Below are positions 8,894 through 17,297 of a stretch of 64,000 bases of DNA, one piece after another. The stretch comes from Candidatus Saccharimonadota bacterium (GTDB lineage Bacteria > Patescibacteriota > Saccharimonadia > Saccharimonadales > JAQGHD01). The first letter of the stretch is position 1, and each line of letters opens with the position of its first letter. Location of the stretch: assembly GCA_028288965.1 (NCBI GenBank), contig JAQGHD010000023.1, positions 7,249 through 71,248 on the forward strand, given 5' to 3'. Under the pieces are notes generated by a model that had not been told where the DNA came from, searched no databases, and saw only the letters and a list, made by a program, of their open reading frames with translations. A program made the translations under genes and the position numbers.

Positions 8894-10204
8894 CTACCTA
8901 TTTTTGCGATGATCTTTAATGATACTGACAATTCGTTCTAAGCTGTGTTTTTCTTCGGTCTGACCCTCTAGATTTTTGAGGACAAAACTTTCATTATTGA
9001 GCTCATTCTCGCCAATAAATATAGCGTAGTGCAGCCCTTTTTTGACCGCTGTTTTAATCTGCTTATCGATTTTGCTGTCGCCGATACCTACAGCCACCTT
9101 TAACCCCATTTCGCGAAGCTTTTTAATAGCCGGTTGAGCCTGGGCGTATATTTCTCCGATTATGACCACATAGACGTCAGTTTCGGAATACAGCTGGGGC
9201 ATTAGGTTGTGGGATTCTAGAAAGTTTTGCAGCGTGACATCACCCATGCCAAAGCCCACTGTCGGCACCGGCTCAACACCAAACAAGCTCACCAGACCGT
9301 CATAGCGGCCGCCACCAAACAGCGATCGATTATTTTCGGGGTGATTATCAAAGACTTCAAAAACGATGTCGGTGTAGTAATCAAAACCGCGCATGAGCGT
9401 AATATCAAACTCAACGTTGGTGATCCCACTATTAGTCAGCGCCGTAATCAACTTCCTCAACTCCTCAACTGAGGCATGCTGTTGAAGCTCGGCGGGGAGA
9501 TCTTCCAGTGTTTTAGACTGCAGCAACGCCTGAAACTTATCGCTCAGCCCACTTTCACGTTCTGATGGACTTAAAATCGCTTCGGCCTGGGCAATAAACT
9601 CGCCGGGTTCCATTTTGTGCATGCGATCAATCAGCTTACTTAACGTAAAGGCTTCTACCTCTGAGAGTTTGAGATAATCTTGCGTCATAGCGTCAACCAG
9701 CTGGCGACTATTCAGCTTGATAGTGTACATGTCACGCTTGGCCTTAAAGGTTTGCAATATATAATCTGCTACTTCAATAATTTCTTGCTCGGCGCCAAGG
9801 TCAGCCACGCCAAAAATATCCACGTTTAATTGCCAGTGCTCGCGCAAGCGTCCGCGCTGCGGCCGTTCATAACGCCATAAATTAGGGATACTGTACCACC
9901 GGAGTGGATAGGCTAAGTCTTGGCGTCGGGCAGCCACCATCCGCGAGACAGTTGGTGTCATTTCTGGACGAATGGCCACCTGGCGCTGACCACGATCGGT
10001 AAAAGTATAGGTCTGTTCATTAACAATCTCCTCACCAGTTTTGGCCTGATATAACTCCAGCGGTTCTAAAATGGGAGCGTCGTATTCTTCGTATCCATAT
10101 TTTTCGACAGCCTTACGCATAACGCCAAACAGATATTTCTGGAGTCGTTTATCTTCGGGGTAAAAATCGCGAGCACCTTTGTAGGGCTGAGTCGATAAAG
10201 CCAT
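8894..10204 (-). CDS. hisS: Histidine--tRNA ligase
   Basis: The 436-aa class II aaRS has typical HisRS motifs (YERPQRGRLREHWQLNVDIFG and FGGGRYDGL) and a C-terminal anticodon-binding domain. Confidence 0.92.
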   Translation of the reverse strand: MALSTQPYKGARDFYPEDKRLQKYLFGVMRKAVEKYGYEEYDAPILEPLELYQAKTGEEIVNEQTYTFTDRGQRQVAIRPEMTPTVSRMVAARRQDLAYPLRWYSIPNLWRYERPQRGRLREHWQLNVDIFGVADLGAEQEIIEVADYILQTFKAKRDMYTIKLNSRQLVDAMTQDYLKLSEVEAFTLSKLIDRMHKMEPGEFIAQAEAILSPSERESGLSDKFQALLQSKTLEDLPAELQQHASVEELRKLITALTNSGITNVEFDITLMRGFDYYTDIVFEVFDNHPENNRSLFGGGRYDGLVSLFGVEPVPTVGFGMGDVTLQNFLESHNLMPQLYSETDVYVVIIGEIYAQAQPAIKKLREMGLKVAVGIGDSKIDKQIKTAVKKGLHYAIFIGENELNNESFVLKNLEGQTEEKHSLERIVSIIKDHRKNR

Positions 10205-10254
10205 AATTACTGCTTATTGTACATGAAAACAGCAGCTATTTAATAGAAGTACGG

Positions 10255-10282
10255 TTGCAGTTACGGTTGGCGCGACTATAAT
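10255..10282 (+). promoter_or_regulatory. Candidate promoter (TTGCAG-N16-TATAAT) for the 10314 membrane-protein gene
   Basis: TTGCAG is at 10255-10260 and TATAAT at 10277-10282. The -10 overlaps the ORF-track ATG at 10281, which argues for the downstream start. Confidence 0.4.
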
Positions 10283-10313
10283 GAAAATTAACATAGCTAA
10301 GGAGCCCGTACGT

Positions 10314-11039
10314 ATGACTAAGACCAAAAACCCGCACCTAACCGGTGCCTTTGATTTATTTAGTAAAAGCACAGAGGTAGTAAAACGAAATCTTACTTTG
10401 TTTGCGATTTTGTACGCCATTCCGTTTTTGACGCTTATAGGTCGATTTGGCCTACACCCGAGTAGCCGTCGGACGTCAGATAGGTTCTCGGCCAGTGGTG
10501 GTATTGCCGGACTGCCAACTTCGGCGATAGTTGGTCTGGTGAGCTTTGGCTTTTTGATCTCGGTAGCCTTAATTGTGCTGTCATTTTTTATTCGAGCCAT
10601 GACCTATAGCTTAGAGCTCGAAGGCGCTCAAAATAAGACGCCATCATTCAAATATGTATTTGATAAGGCAAGTCGCTACTGGGTTCGGTTGATTGGATTG
10701 ATGATCATTGTGGGCGTAATGGCCTTGGTTGGCTTTATTTTGCTGATTGTCCCCGGGCTAATCGTGATTCGTCGCTATTTCTTAGCTCCATACTTATTGA
10801 TCGACAAGGATTTAACTATTACCGAAGCTATGCAACAAAGTGCCGAGCTAACCAAGCCATACGCCAGCACAATTTGGACAATTATTGGTGTCTCTATCCT
10901 CATCAGCCTGACCAATGTGATTCCGTTTATAGGTGTCTTTATAGCTTTTGTGCTGGGGATTCTGTACTCAGTGGCTCCAGCTCTTAGATACGAGGAGTTA
11001 AAAAAACTCCATCACCAAGCCAAAGAAAAGACAGCTTAA
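10314..11039 (+). CDS. Polytopic membrane protein of unknown function
   Basis: The ORF track gives 10281-11039. I prefer ATG 10314 (MTKTKNPHLTGAFDLF) because AAGGAG at 10299-10304 lies 9 nt upstream. The protein has several long hydrophobic segments (for example LIGLMIIVGVMALVGFILLIVPGLIVI and IWTIIGVSILISLTNVIPFIGVFIAFVLGILY). I did not recognise a catalytic motif. Confidence 0.75.
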   Translation: MTKTKNPHLTGAFDLFSKSTEVVKRNLTLFAILYAIPFLTLIGRFGLHPSSRRTSDRFSASGGIAGLPTSAIVGLVSFGFLISVALIVLSFFIRAMTYSLELEGAQNKTPSFKYVFDKASRYWVRLIGLMIIVGVMALVGFILLIVPGLIVIRRYFLAPYLLIDKDLTITEAMQQSAELTKPYASTIWTIIGVSILISLTNVIPFIGVFIAFVLGILYSVAPALRYEELKKLHHQAKEKTA

Positions 11040-11093
11040 ATAGTTAGAGCAAATAATTGTGGAGATGGCTAGTAAATTGTAAACTAATATATT

Positions 11094-11564
11094 ATGTCGC
11101 TACCTGAATTTGAAAACTTATTTGGTGATACACCTCGGCTCGATGTTATAGATGAAAAGTTAGGCGAGAGACGCCTCCTGGCCAGCGAGTTAGCTATTTC
11201 TCACCAGTGGGCAGTAGAGCAAGCGAGTGGCCTTTGCACCGAAGTTATTGAGCCTGTCTATAGTGGTGGCCTGGTATATAACACCGCTTTTTCGCCCAGC
11301 ATAGAGTATGTAACAGGAGGTGGAAAAATTTGTCGTTTGCGATTAGCTTTAGGCAGCGGCCCAAAAGGCTTGTTTGATGATAAACCCACTGAAAGAGTTC
11401 AGTTAGGCATTGTAGATAAGGAAGATACGTTTATGCCAGCAATTACGCTAGGCTCCGATACGATTAAGGATGGAGAACTCCTTTTCACGCGCGTTAATGA
11501 TCCAGCTGATTTGCATTGTTTAGTACGAGCTATCAAATTCTTTTCCGATAAGCTAACAGACTAA
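11094..11564 (+). CDS. Hypothetical protein (156 aa)
   Basis: This is a clean ORF filling an otherwise empty interval, with no competing frame and no motif I recognise. Confidence 0.55.
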   Translation: MSLPEFENLFGDTPRLDVIDEKLGERRLLASELAISHQWAVEQASGLCTEVIEPVYSGGLVYNTAFSPSIEYVTGGGKICRLRLALGSGPKGLFDDKPTERVQLGIVDKEDTFMPAITLGSDTIKDGELLFTRVNDPADLHCLVRAIKFFSDKLTD

Positions 11565-11576
11565 ACTGTTCTTGTT

Positions 11577-11661
11577 TGGTGGGGATGAAAGGACTTGAAC
11601 CTTCACGCCTTGCGGCACTAGCTCCTAAGGCTAGCGTGTCTACCAATTCCACCACATCCCC
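11577..11661 (-). tRNA. tRNA-Leu (anticodon UAG), genomically encoded CCA
   Basis: The reverse complement is GGGGATGTGGTGGAATTGGTAGACACGCTAGCCTTAGGAGCTAGTGCCGCAAGGCGTGAAGGTTCAAGTCCTTTCATCCCCACCA. It has a 7-bp acceptor stem and a 5-bp anticodon stem CTAGC/GCTAG with loop CTTAGGA (anticodon at 11625-11627). It also has a long variable arm (GCC-GCAA-GGC), a GGTTCAAGTCC T-arm, discriminator A and CCA. Confidence 0.92.
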
Positions 11662-11674
11662 GTGGTTATCAGGG

Positions 11675-12211
11675 CTATTTTACCTTAATTGCTTGGTAAA
11701 AGGCTAGTTCGGCGTCGCCGTAGTTACTCTGCTTGACCAAGCGTAGATCCGGCAGGGCTGGCAGTGGGGTTTGCGCTGGCCACGATAGCACCAATGTCCC
11801 AGCAGGACTAAGATGACGGGCAAGCTTGGCAAGTAAAGCTGTTTGGGTATGATCATACGGCGGATCAAGAAAAATAAGATCAAACAGAGCCTCTGGGTTA
11901 TTATCGGACCAGCCTGACACATTAGCCCGAACAAGTCGGGCATTTTTTAGCTTGAGATTGGCAATATTGTGCTCGATGGTGGTTTGGGCGTTGCGGTCAG
12001 AGTCTATGATCAGGGCGCTCGTGGCGCCGCGACTAAGGGCTTCAAAACCAAGGGCGCCGCTGCCACCAAAGGCGTCTAGGACGCTCAAGCCTTCGATATC
12101 GCCAAGTACATTAAACAGGCCGCCGCGAGCTTTGTCGCTCATCGGATGTGTTCTATGACCCTTTGGGGCCTCAAATTGCTGGCCGCCTAGACCCCCGCCG
12201 ATAATTCTCAT
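11675..12211 (-). CDS. rsmD: 16S rRNA (guanine966-N2)-methyltransferase
   Basis: The 178-aa ORF has RIIGGGLGGQQFEAPKGHRTHPMSDKARGGLFNVL, the SAM motif LDAFGGSGALGFEALSRGA and the catalytic LDPPY. Confidence 0.88.
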   Translation of the reverse strand: MRIIGGGLGGQQFEAPKGHRTHPMSDKARGGLFNVLGDIEGLSVLDAFGGSGALGFEALSRGATSALIIDSDRNAQTTIEHNIANLKLKNARLVRANVSGWSDNNPEALFDLIFLDPPYDHTQTALLAKLARHLSPAGTLVLSWPAQTPLPALPDLRLVKQSNYGDAELAFYQAIKVK

Positions 12212-13032
12212 ACTTTTTTTTCAATGATGTTGGCGTCGAGTAGGGCGCTATACCAAGCCAAGGTTACGGTTTTAATGATCGTTGGCCCTAATCGATACTT
12301 AACTTGCCAAGCCAACTTTGGTGTCCAGCCAGTTTTATAGTAGTGCCCATACATATCCAACACAGCAATTTCCTTAGCGCTTTGGCGGAACCATTCCAGC
12401 AGGCCAATGTCTTCCAGCCGAGTGATATCGTCTTTGGTGGGAACAGCGTGCTGAAAACCTAGTGGCGCCATAGCGGTAGCCACTCCCATTTCAAACAAGC
12501 CGTGGGTGGTAAACAAACCTTTTGGACCCCACATCTTCCAGTTATTACGAACGACCTCACGCCGGTTACTACCGTGCATGACTAGTTTTTCTTTGATCGT
12601 CGTTCGGGTTTCTATACTTTGACCACCGCGTAGTTCAACTAATTTTTCTTCATATGGATAGTGATGGGCTGGCGTTAGGCCATCTACCAGGGCGTGTGAC
12701 AACCAGGCAGCTTCAAATGCCGCTCGCTCACGGTTGTTAGCCTTAAGGTGCTTTACTAATTGATCGTAGTGATCTTTTATTAGCTCCAGTAACTTAGAAT
12801 CATCCTCATTAAACGGACTGTAATAATGCCAAGGCTCATCCCGAGCTGGGCTTTTGCGTTTAAGCGCATCGGGGCCATTTTTGCCTTCGAACTGCAGAAT
12901 GCTACGGGCGGCTGGAAAGAGTTGGTTGTTTGGCAAAATTTCTCGCAAATGGTGCCGTGCTACTCGATCAATCTTTTGATGAGCACCTAAAAGGCGGCCG
13001 GAGAATCGCGTAAATGTTGTCCCAGAATACAT
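12208..13032 (-). CDS. Putative zinc-dependent phospholipase C / S1-P1 nuclease superfamily protein
   Basis: The 274-aa ORF contains HALVDGLTPAH, which has the spacing H-x3-D-x3-P-x-H of the metal-binding helix in Zn-PLC and P1 nuclease. It also has an N-terminal GAHQKIDRVA (GHxx..A-like) motif. No signal peptide or TM segment is evident. Its 4-nt overlap with rsmD indicates an operon with recG and rsmD. Confidence 0.4.
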   Translation of the reverse strand: MYSGTTFTRFSGRLLGAHQKIDRVARHHLREILPNNQLFPAARSILQFEGKNGPDALKRKSPARDEPWHYYSPFNEDDSKLLELIKDHYDQLVKHLKANNRERAAFEAAWLSHALVDGLTPAHHYPYEEKLVELRGGQSIETRTTIKEKLVMHGSNRREVVRNNWKMWGPKGLFTTHGLFEMGVATAMAPLGFQHAVPTKDDITRLEDIGLLEWFRQSAKEIAVLDMYGHYYKTGWTPKLAWQVKYRLGPTIIKTVTLAWYSALLDANIIEKKV

Positions 13033-13036
13033 ATAT

Positions 13037-15073
13037 TTAGTTTAAATTTGTCACCGTTCGTAACTGTTGCACACGGTTGTTTAACTGTTTATAGTGTAGC
13101 AAATTTTCGCCCTTATCGATAAATTCCTGGGCAGCCGTGCGCGCCCGGGCGATTAGTTTAGTATCAGTGAGCGTTGCCACGCGCAAATCCAATTGCCCAT
13201 GTTGTAAGGTGCCATAAATAGCGCCAGGGCCGCGGATCTCTAGATCCAGATCGGCCAAGGCAAATCCATCTTGTGAGCTTTCTACGGCTCGTAAGCGTCT
13301 AGTCGGGGCTTTTGAGTCACTCATAACTAAGTAGCAGTAACCCTGGTAATTACTCCGGCCAACCCGGCCACGCAGCTGATGAATTTGGGCCAAACCAAAG
13401 CGCTCCGCGCCCTCTATCACCATAACTGTGGCATTGGGCACATCGACGCCGACTTCTACCACCGTGGTTGAGACAATCATATCGAGCTTATGGGCCGCAA
13501 AAGCTTCCATGACTTCATTTTTAGGGCCAGATTTGAGCTTGCCATGCAGAAGGCCTATGCGCCGGTGCTTAAACGGACCTTTACGCAAAGTATCGTAGAC
13601 ACTCTCTACTGACAGTAGCTGCTCGTTGACGGCCGAGTCGGTTATCAGTGGGCAAACAATAAATACCTGTCGGCCCTGCTCAATTTGCTCATCTAGCTTA
13701 GCGTACAGTTGGGCGCGTGAATTAGGTGAAATAACTTTGGTGACAATTGGCTTCCGGTTGGCTGGTTTGGAATCCATGATAGAGATGTCAAGTTCACCGT
13801 AAAGTGTCAGTGCTAGGCTACGTGGAATCGGTGTGGCCGTCATGCTGAGAACGTGCGGCATATGGCCGGCCTTGATCTGTAGTTTTTTGCGTTGAGCAAC
13901 CCCAAAACGATGTTGCTCATCAATAACTACCAGGCCGAGGTTGTGCATATCGACTTTTTCTTGGATGAGGGCGTGCGTACCCACTATAAACTGTGCCTGG
14001 CCAGAGGTTATAAGGTGGTGCGTGTCGTGCTTGTCCTGTGCTTTGAGGCCACCAACCAACAAGGCTAGCCTGTCGGCAAAACCAAGCGGTTTCAATAGGC
14101 CAGCAATGGTTTCAGCGTGTTGACGAGCCAATAGTTCGGTGGGCGCCATAAAAGCCACCTGAAAACCTTGCTTTAGGGCCATTAAGGCGGCCATGGTAGC
14201 CACAACTGTTTTGCCGGAACCAACATCGCCCTCGACTAAACGGTTCATGGGCGTGGTCTTTTGCATATCTAAATAAATGCGCCAAACCACTTTCTTTTGG
14301 GCATCGGTAAGTGTAAATGGCAAATGGCTAACAAATTGCTTGGCTAAGTGCTCGTCAAACGGAATACTCAGTGCTTTTTCACGCAGCAACTCATCCTTAT
14401 TGAGTAAGCTAGCTAGGCTTAGCTCAAAAACCTCTTCGTAGCCTAACCGTTCCTTGGCTTGGGCCAATTGCTTCATGGACTCAGGAAAATGTATGGCTTC
14501 GTAGGCCGGACGTTGATCAATAAGTTTGGCTTCTTTGGCCACCCAGGCCGGCAGTGTTTCGGGCAGCACTGGCTCACTATCTAGCAACGCCCGGACGCTT
14601 TTTCGTATTTGAGCAGAGCTGAGTCCCTTAGTTTCGCGGTAAATTGGAATTATACGGGCGGTATTCATTGGAAAGTCGCTGACCAACTCTATAGATGGAC
14701 TAGCAATTGAAAAACGCTGCCGACGCAGTTCAAACAATCCAGAAATATAGTACTCGGCGCCGGCTTTTATGCTGCCGGCGCGGTAGGCTTGATTGAACCA
14801 CACCAGCCGCACGCTCCCTGTCTTGTCGCTGGCGATTGCCTCTGTAATATGCATGCCCCGACGCACATAGCGGCCGGTTACTTGCTTAATTTGGGCTTTT
14901 AAACTCACTTGGCCTGGTTTTAGGGAGCCTAACGGCGTAATAACTGAATAATCTTCATATCGCCTCGGATAATACGTCAGTAAATCCTCCAAAGAGTGGA
15001 TGCCCACTGTGGCGTACTTTTTGGCGAGTTCAGGCCCCACACCCCTAAGCTCGGTAATAGATGTCTCGTTCAC
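13037..15073 (-). CDS. recG: ATP-dependent DNA helicase RecG
   Basis: The 678-aa ORF has an N-terminal wedge/OB region, Walker A GDVGSGKT, the DEQH box (VIDEQHRFG) and helicase C motifs (QLRGRVGR). Confidence 0.93.
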   Translation of the reverse strand: MNETSITELRGVGPELAKKYATVGIHSLEDLLTYYPRRYEDYSVITPLGSLKPGQVSLKAQIKQVTGRYVRRGMHITEAIASDKTGSVRLVWFNQAYRAGSIKAGAEYYISGLFELRRQRFSIASPSIELVSDFPMNTARIIPIYRETKGLSSAQIRKSVRALLDSEPVLPETLPAWVAKEAKLIDQRPAYEAIHFPESMKQLAQAKERLGYEEVFELSLASLLNKDELLREKALSIPFDEHLAKQFVSHLPFTLTDAQKKVVWRIYLDMQKTTPMNRLVEGDVGSGKTVVATMAALMALKQGFQVAFMAPTELLARQHAETIAGLLKPLGFADRLALLVGGLKAQDKHDTHHLITSGQAQFIVGTHALIQEKVDMHNLGLVVIDEQHRFGVAQRKKLQIKAGHMPHVLSMTATPIPRSLALTLYGELDISIMDSKPANRKPIVTKVISPNSRAQLYAKLDEQIEQGRQVFIVCPLITDSAVNEQLLSVESVYDTLRKGPFKHRRIGLLHGKLKSGPKNEVMEAFAAHKLDMIVSTTVVEVGVDVPNATVMVIEGAERFGLAQIHQLRGRVGRSNYQGYCYLVMSDSKAPTRRLRAVESSQDGFALADLDLEIRGPGAIYGTLQHGQLDLRVATLTDTKLIARARTAAQEFIDKGENLLHYKQLNNRVQQLRTVTNLN

Positions 15074-15109
15074 ATACTTAAGTATAGTTGATTCTTAAGT
15101 GAAGAGGAG

Positions 15110-15886
15110 TTAGGAGACCTTTTTAACCAGCAAAAAGACACTTGGCCCAAAGTAGGTTTTGGCCAGTGGTTCTTGCATCATTTTTTCCAGCGCCAGTAAT
15201 GTTCCTTGGGAAAAGGCCTTTTTAAGCAGCGTGGAGCGTAAGTTTGAGACAGATAGCACGTGCTCTACCGTGAGTCCGGCGTGGGCTAGCTGCTTGATAA
15301 CCGTTTTGGGATTGTGATTGACGAAGGCAATCTCATCTTCTTGGCGATTTTGGGCGGAACGAATGTCAACTGGCTGTGTTGGCAGACGTTTGCCGCGCAC
15401 TATGTGTTTCAGTCGATTTCTAAAGTGGCTGTAGTTGGCAATCTCTAAAATAAAAACGCCATTGGCGCTGAGCACGCGAGCAATTTCGGCAAATTCTGCT
15501 GACGGATCTGGCAAGTGGTGCATGACCCGGATCATGGTTAGCAGATCAACAGTTCCGTCCTTAAAGGCCAGATTGTCGGCTTGCATCAGCTGGCGCTCAA
15601 TTCCCGGGTGATTCTCAAGAAAGTCTTTAGCAATATCCAGTTGTTGTTGGGACGGTTCGGCTAAGGTTACTTTATTGGCGTAATGTTCCAGCAGTAAGCA
15701 CAACCGGCCGTAACCACCACCAACATCTACGGCGTGCTGAAAATGCTGGCCTTTTAAAAGACGCTCAATGGCTATTTGCTCGGCGGCGTTTTCATAATCT
15801 CGTCCGTCCCAATAGTGCAAATAATTATGCTTGGGGTCGTTATATTGGTCAGCTTTTTTGTGAGTTGGGCTTGGTGTTTTTGCCAT
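15110..15886 (-). CDS. Class I SAM-dependent methyltransferase
   Basis: The 258-aa ORF has motif I VDVGGGYGRL and post-I and motif II/III spacing typical of Methyltransf_11/25-type enzymes. The substrate is unknown. Confidence 0.75.
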   Translation of the reverse strand: MAKTPSPTHKKADQYNDPKHNYLHYWDGRDYENAAEQIAIERLLKGQHFQHAVDVGGGYGRLCLLLEHYANKVTLAEPSQQQLDIAKDFLENHPGIERQLMQADNLAFKDGTVDLLTMIRVMHHLPDPSAEFAEIARVLSANGVFILEIANYSHFRNRLKHIVRGKRLPTQPVDIRSAQNRQEDEIAFVNHNPKTVIKQLAHAGLTVEHVLSVSNLRSTLLKKAFSQGTLLALEKMMQEPLAKTYFGPSVFLLVKKVS

Positions 15887-15923
15887 ATCGCGCTTCAGTA
15901 TAGCATGACCTCTAGGGGTTCGC

Positions 15924-17180
15924 TTAGCTTAACTCCACAACGGCGTTTTGATTTTTGCCTCGCCGAATGATGGCGTGCCCGTAGATGACATCTTGGCTAT
16001 CAAAAACGGATTTAGTGCTGGAGAACTGCTGTCCATTTATATAAATAGCATTGTCGTTTAAAAAGCGCCGAGCCTCGCCATTAGAACTGGCTAGTCCGGC
16101 TTCAACTAATACATCAACTAGCGGACTGTGATTTAGCTTGGCAGTCACTTTGGGCAGCTCGCTGCTCAGCAGCTGAAAATCTTTGGCTGTCAGCTGAGTG
16201 TAATCATCGTTGCCAAAGAGCGTTTCGGTCACTTTTTTAATGATTTGGGCATTCTCTGGTCCGTGTACCAGCTTGGTTACTTCATGAGCCAGGGTTTTTT
16301 GAGCTAAGCGATCAGATTTGTCCTCTTCAAAGCGCGTCATTATATGAGCAATCTGCGGCTTATCCAGCTGGGTAAAGATCTTTAAGTAGTCGGCTACACT
16401 TTCGTCGTCAGTGTTTAGCCAAAATTGATAAAACTGATAGACACTAGTCTTGGCCGGATCGAGCCAGATAGCACCATCCTCGCTTTTGCCGAATTTTTTG
16501 CCGGTAGCTTTATTAATCACTAGCGGCATTGTTAATACATGAGCTTCAGCGCCGGTAACTTTCCTGATGAGTTCGACGCCTGATAAGCTGTTGCCCCACT
16601 GGTCGGCACCCGACACCTGCAAATTAACACCGTGTTTCTGGTGGAGGTATAAAAAGTCGTAGCCCTGGAGCAGCGTATAGCTAAATTCTGTAAAGCTTAT
16701 GCCGGCGCCACCTTCACCCATACGCTTGGCGATGTAATCACGTTGGACTAGTGGCGTCATACTAAAGTGTTTGCCCACATCACGCAAAAAGTGCAGTACC
16801 GACATTTTGCCGAGCCAGTCGGCGTTATTAACAACCGAAACAGAGCTGCCGACTAATTTTTCCAACTGATGGGCCACCTGCTTAATATTATGGGCCACGG
16901 TGGCTTCTGACTGCAGTTGACGCTCGGCATCTTTACCTCCGGGGTCGCCGATCACACTGGTTGCACCGCCCAGCAGTACAATCCCTGTGTGTCCATGCTT
17001 CATAAGCAGTTTGTCGAGCATGACAGCCGCTAAATTCCCCACTGTTAAAGAGTCCGAAGAAGCGTCGTAACCATGATAAAACTTCAGCTTGTTCTCATCT
17101 ATAGCTGATAGTTTGGGCAGCGTGGTTTGGTTTAAGAATCCGCGCCAAGCGAGCTCTTCAGAAAGCGTCATTGAGTCCAT
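15924..17180 (-). CDS. tyrS: Tyrosine--tRNA ligase (HIGH motif replaced by TVGN)
   Basis: The 418-aa ORF is colinear with bacterial TyrRS: GGATSVIGDPGGK, FTEFSYTLLQGYDF, GADQWGN, a KFGKSE (KMSKS-type) motif and a C-terminal S4-like domain. The signature position reads DSLTVGNL rather than DSLHLGHL. Confidence 0.9.
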   Translation of the reverse strand: MDSMTLSEELAWRGFLNQTTLPKLSAIDENKLKFYHGYDASSDSLTVGNLAAVMLDKLLMKHGHTGIVLLGGATSVIGDPGGKDAERQLQSEATVAHNIKQVAHQLEKLVGSSVSVVNNADWLGKMSVLHFLRDVGKHFSMTPLVQRDYIAKRMGEGGAGISFTEFSYTLLQGYDFLYLHQKHGVNLQVSGADQWGNSLSGVELIRKVTGAEAHVLTMPLVINKATGKKFGKSEDGAIWLDPAKTSVYQFYQFWLNTDDESVADYLKIFTQLDKPQIAHIMTRFEEDKSDRLAQKTLAHEVTKLVHGPENAQIIKKVTETLFGNDDYTQLTAKDFQLLSSELPKVTAKLNHSPLVDVLVEAGLASSNGEARRFLNDNAIYINGQQFSSTKSVFDSQDVIYGHAIIRRGKNQNAVVELS

Positions 17181-17255
17181 TCATGTCTATCCTTGTTTGC
17201 TTGGTAGGTAGTATAGCTAAGAGACAGCGATTTTGGTATTGCCGCAAGGAAATTT

Positions 17256-17264
17256 TGCTATAAT
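17256..17264 (+). promoter_or_regulatory. Candidate extended -10 promoter (TGcTATAAT) for the PBP gene
   Basis: TGCTATAAT lies at 17256-17264, 34 nt upstream of ATG 17298. No good -35 is present, which is consistent with an extended -10 promoter. Confidence 0.4.
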
Positions 17265-17297
17265 AAAGCTATTGTCTATGGAGCAGGTTAAACACAC

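Noticed and set aside
10214-10600. 128-aa minus-strand ORF between hisS and the membrane-protein gene.
   Set aside because: It overlaps the plus-strand membrane-protein gene, which has a promoter, a Shine-Dalgarno and coherent TM helices. Its own sequence looks like an antisense translation with no start context.
17181-17297. Possible T-box leader upstream of tyrS, and likewise upstream of hisS at 10205-10280.
   Set aside because: The leaders are only ~117 and ~75 nt long and are shared with divergent promoters. That is too short for a T-box (typically over 200 nt). No T-box core sequence (AGGGTGGnACCGCG-like) is visible.
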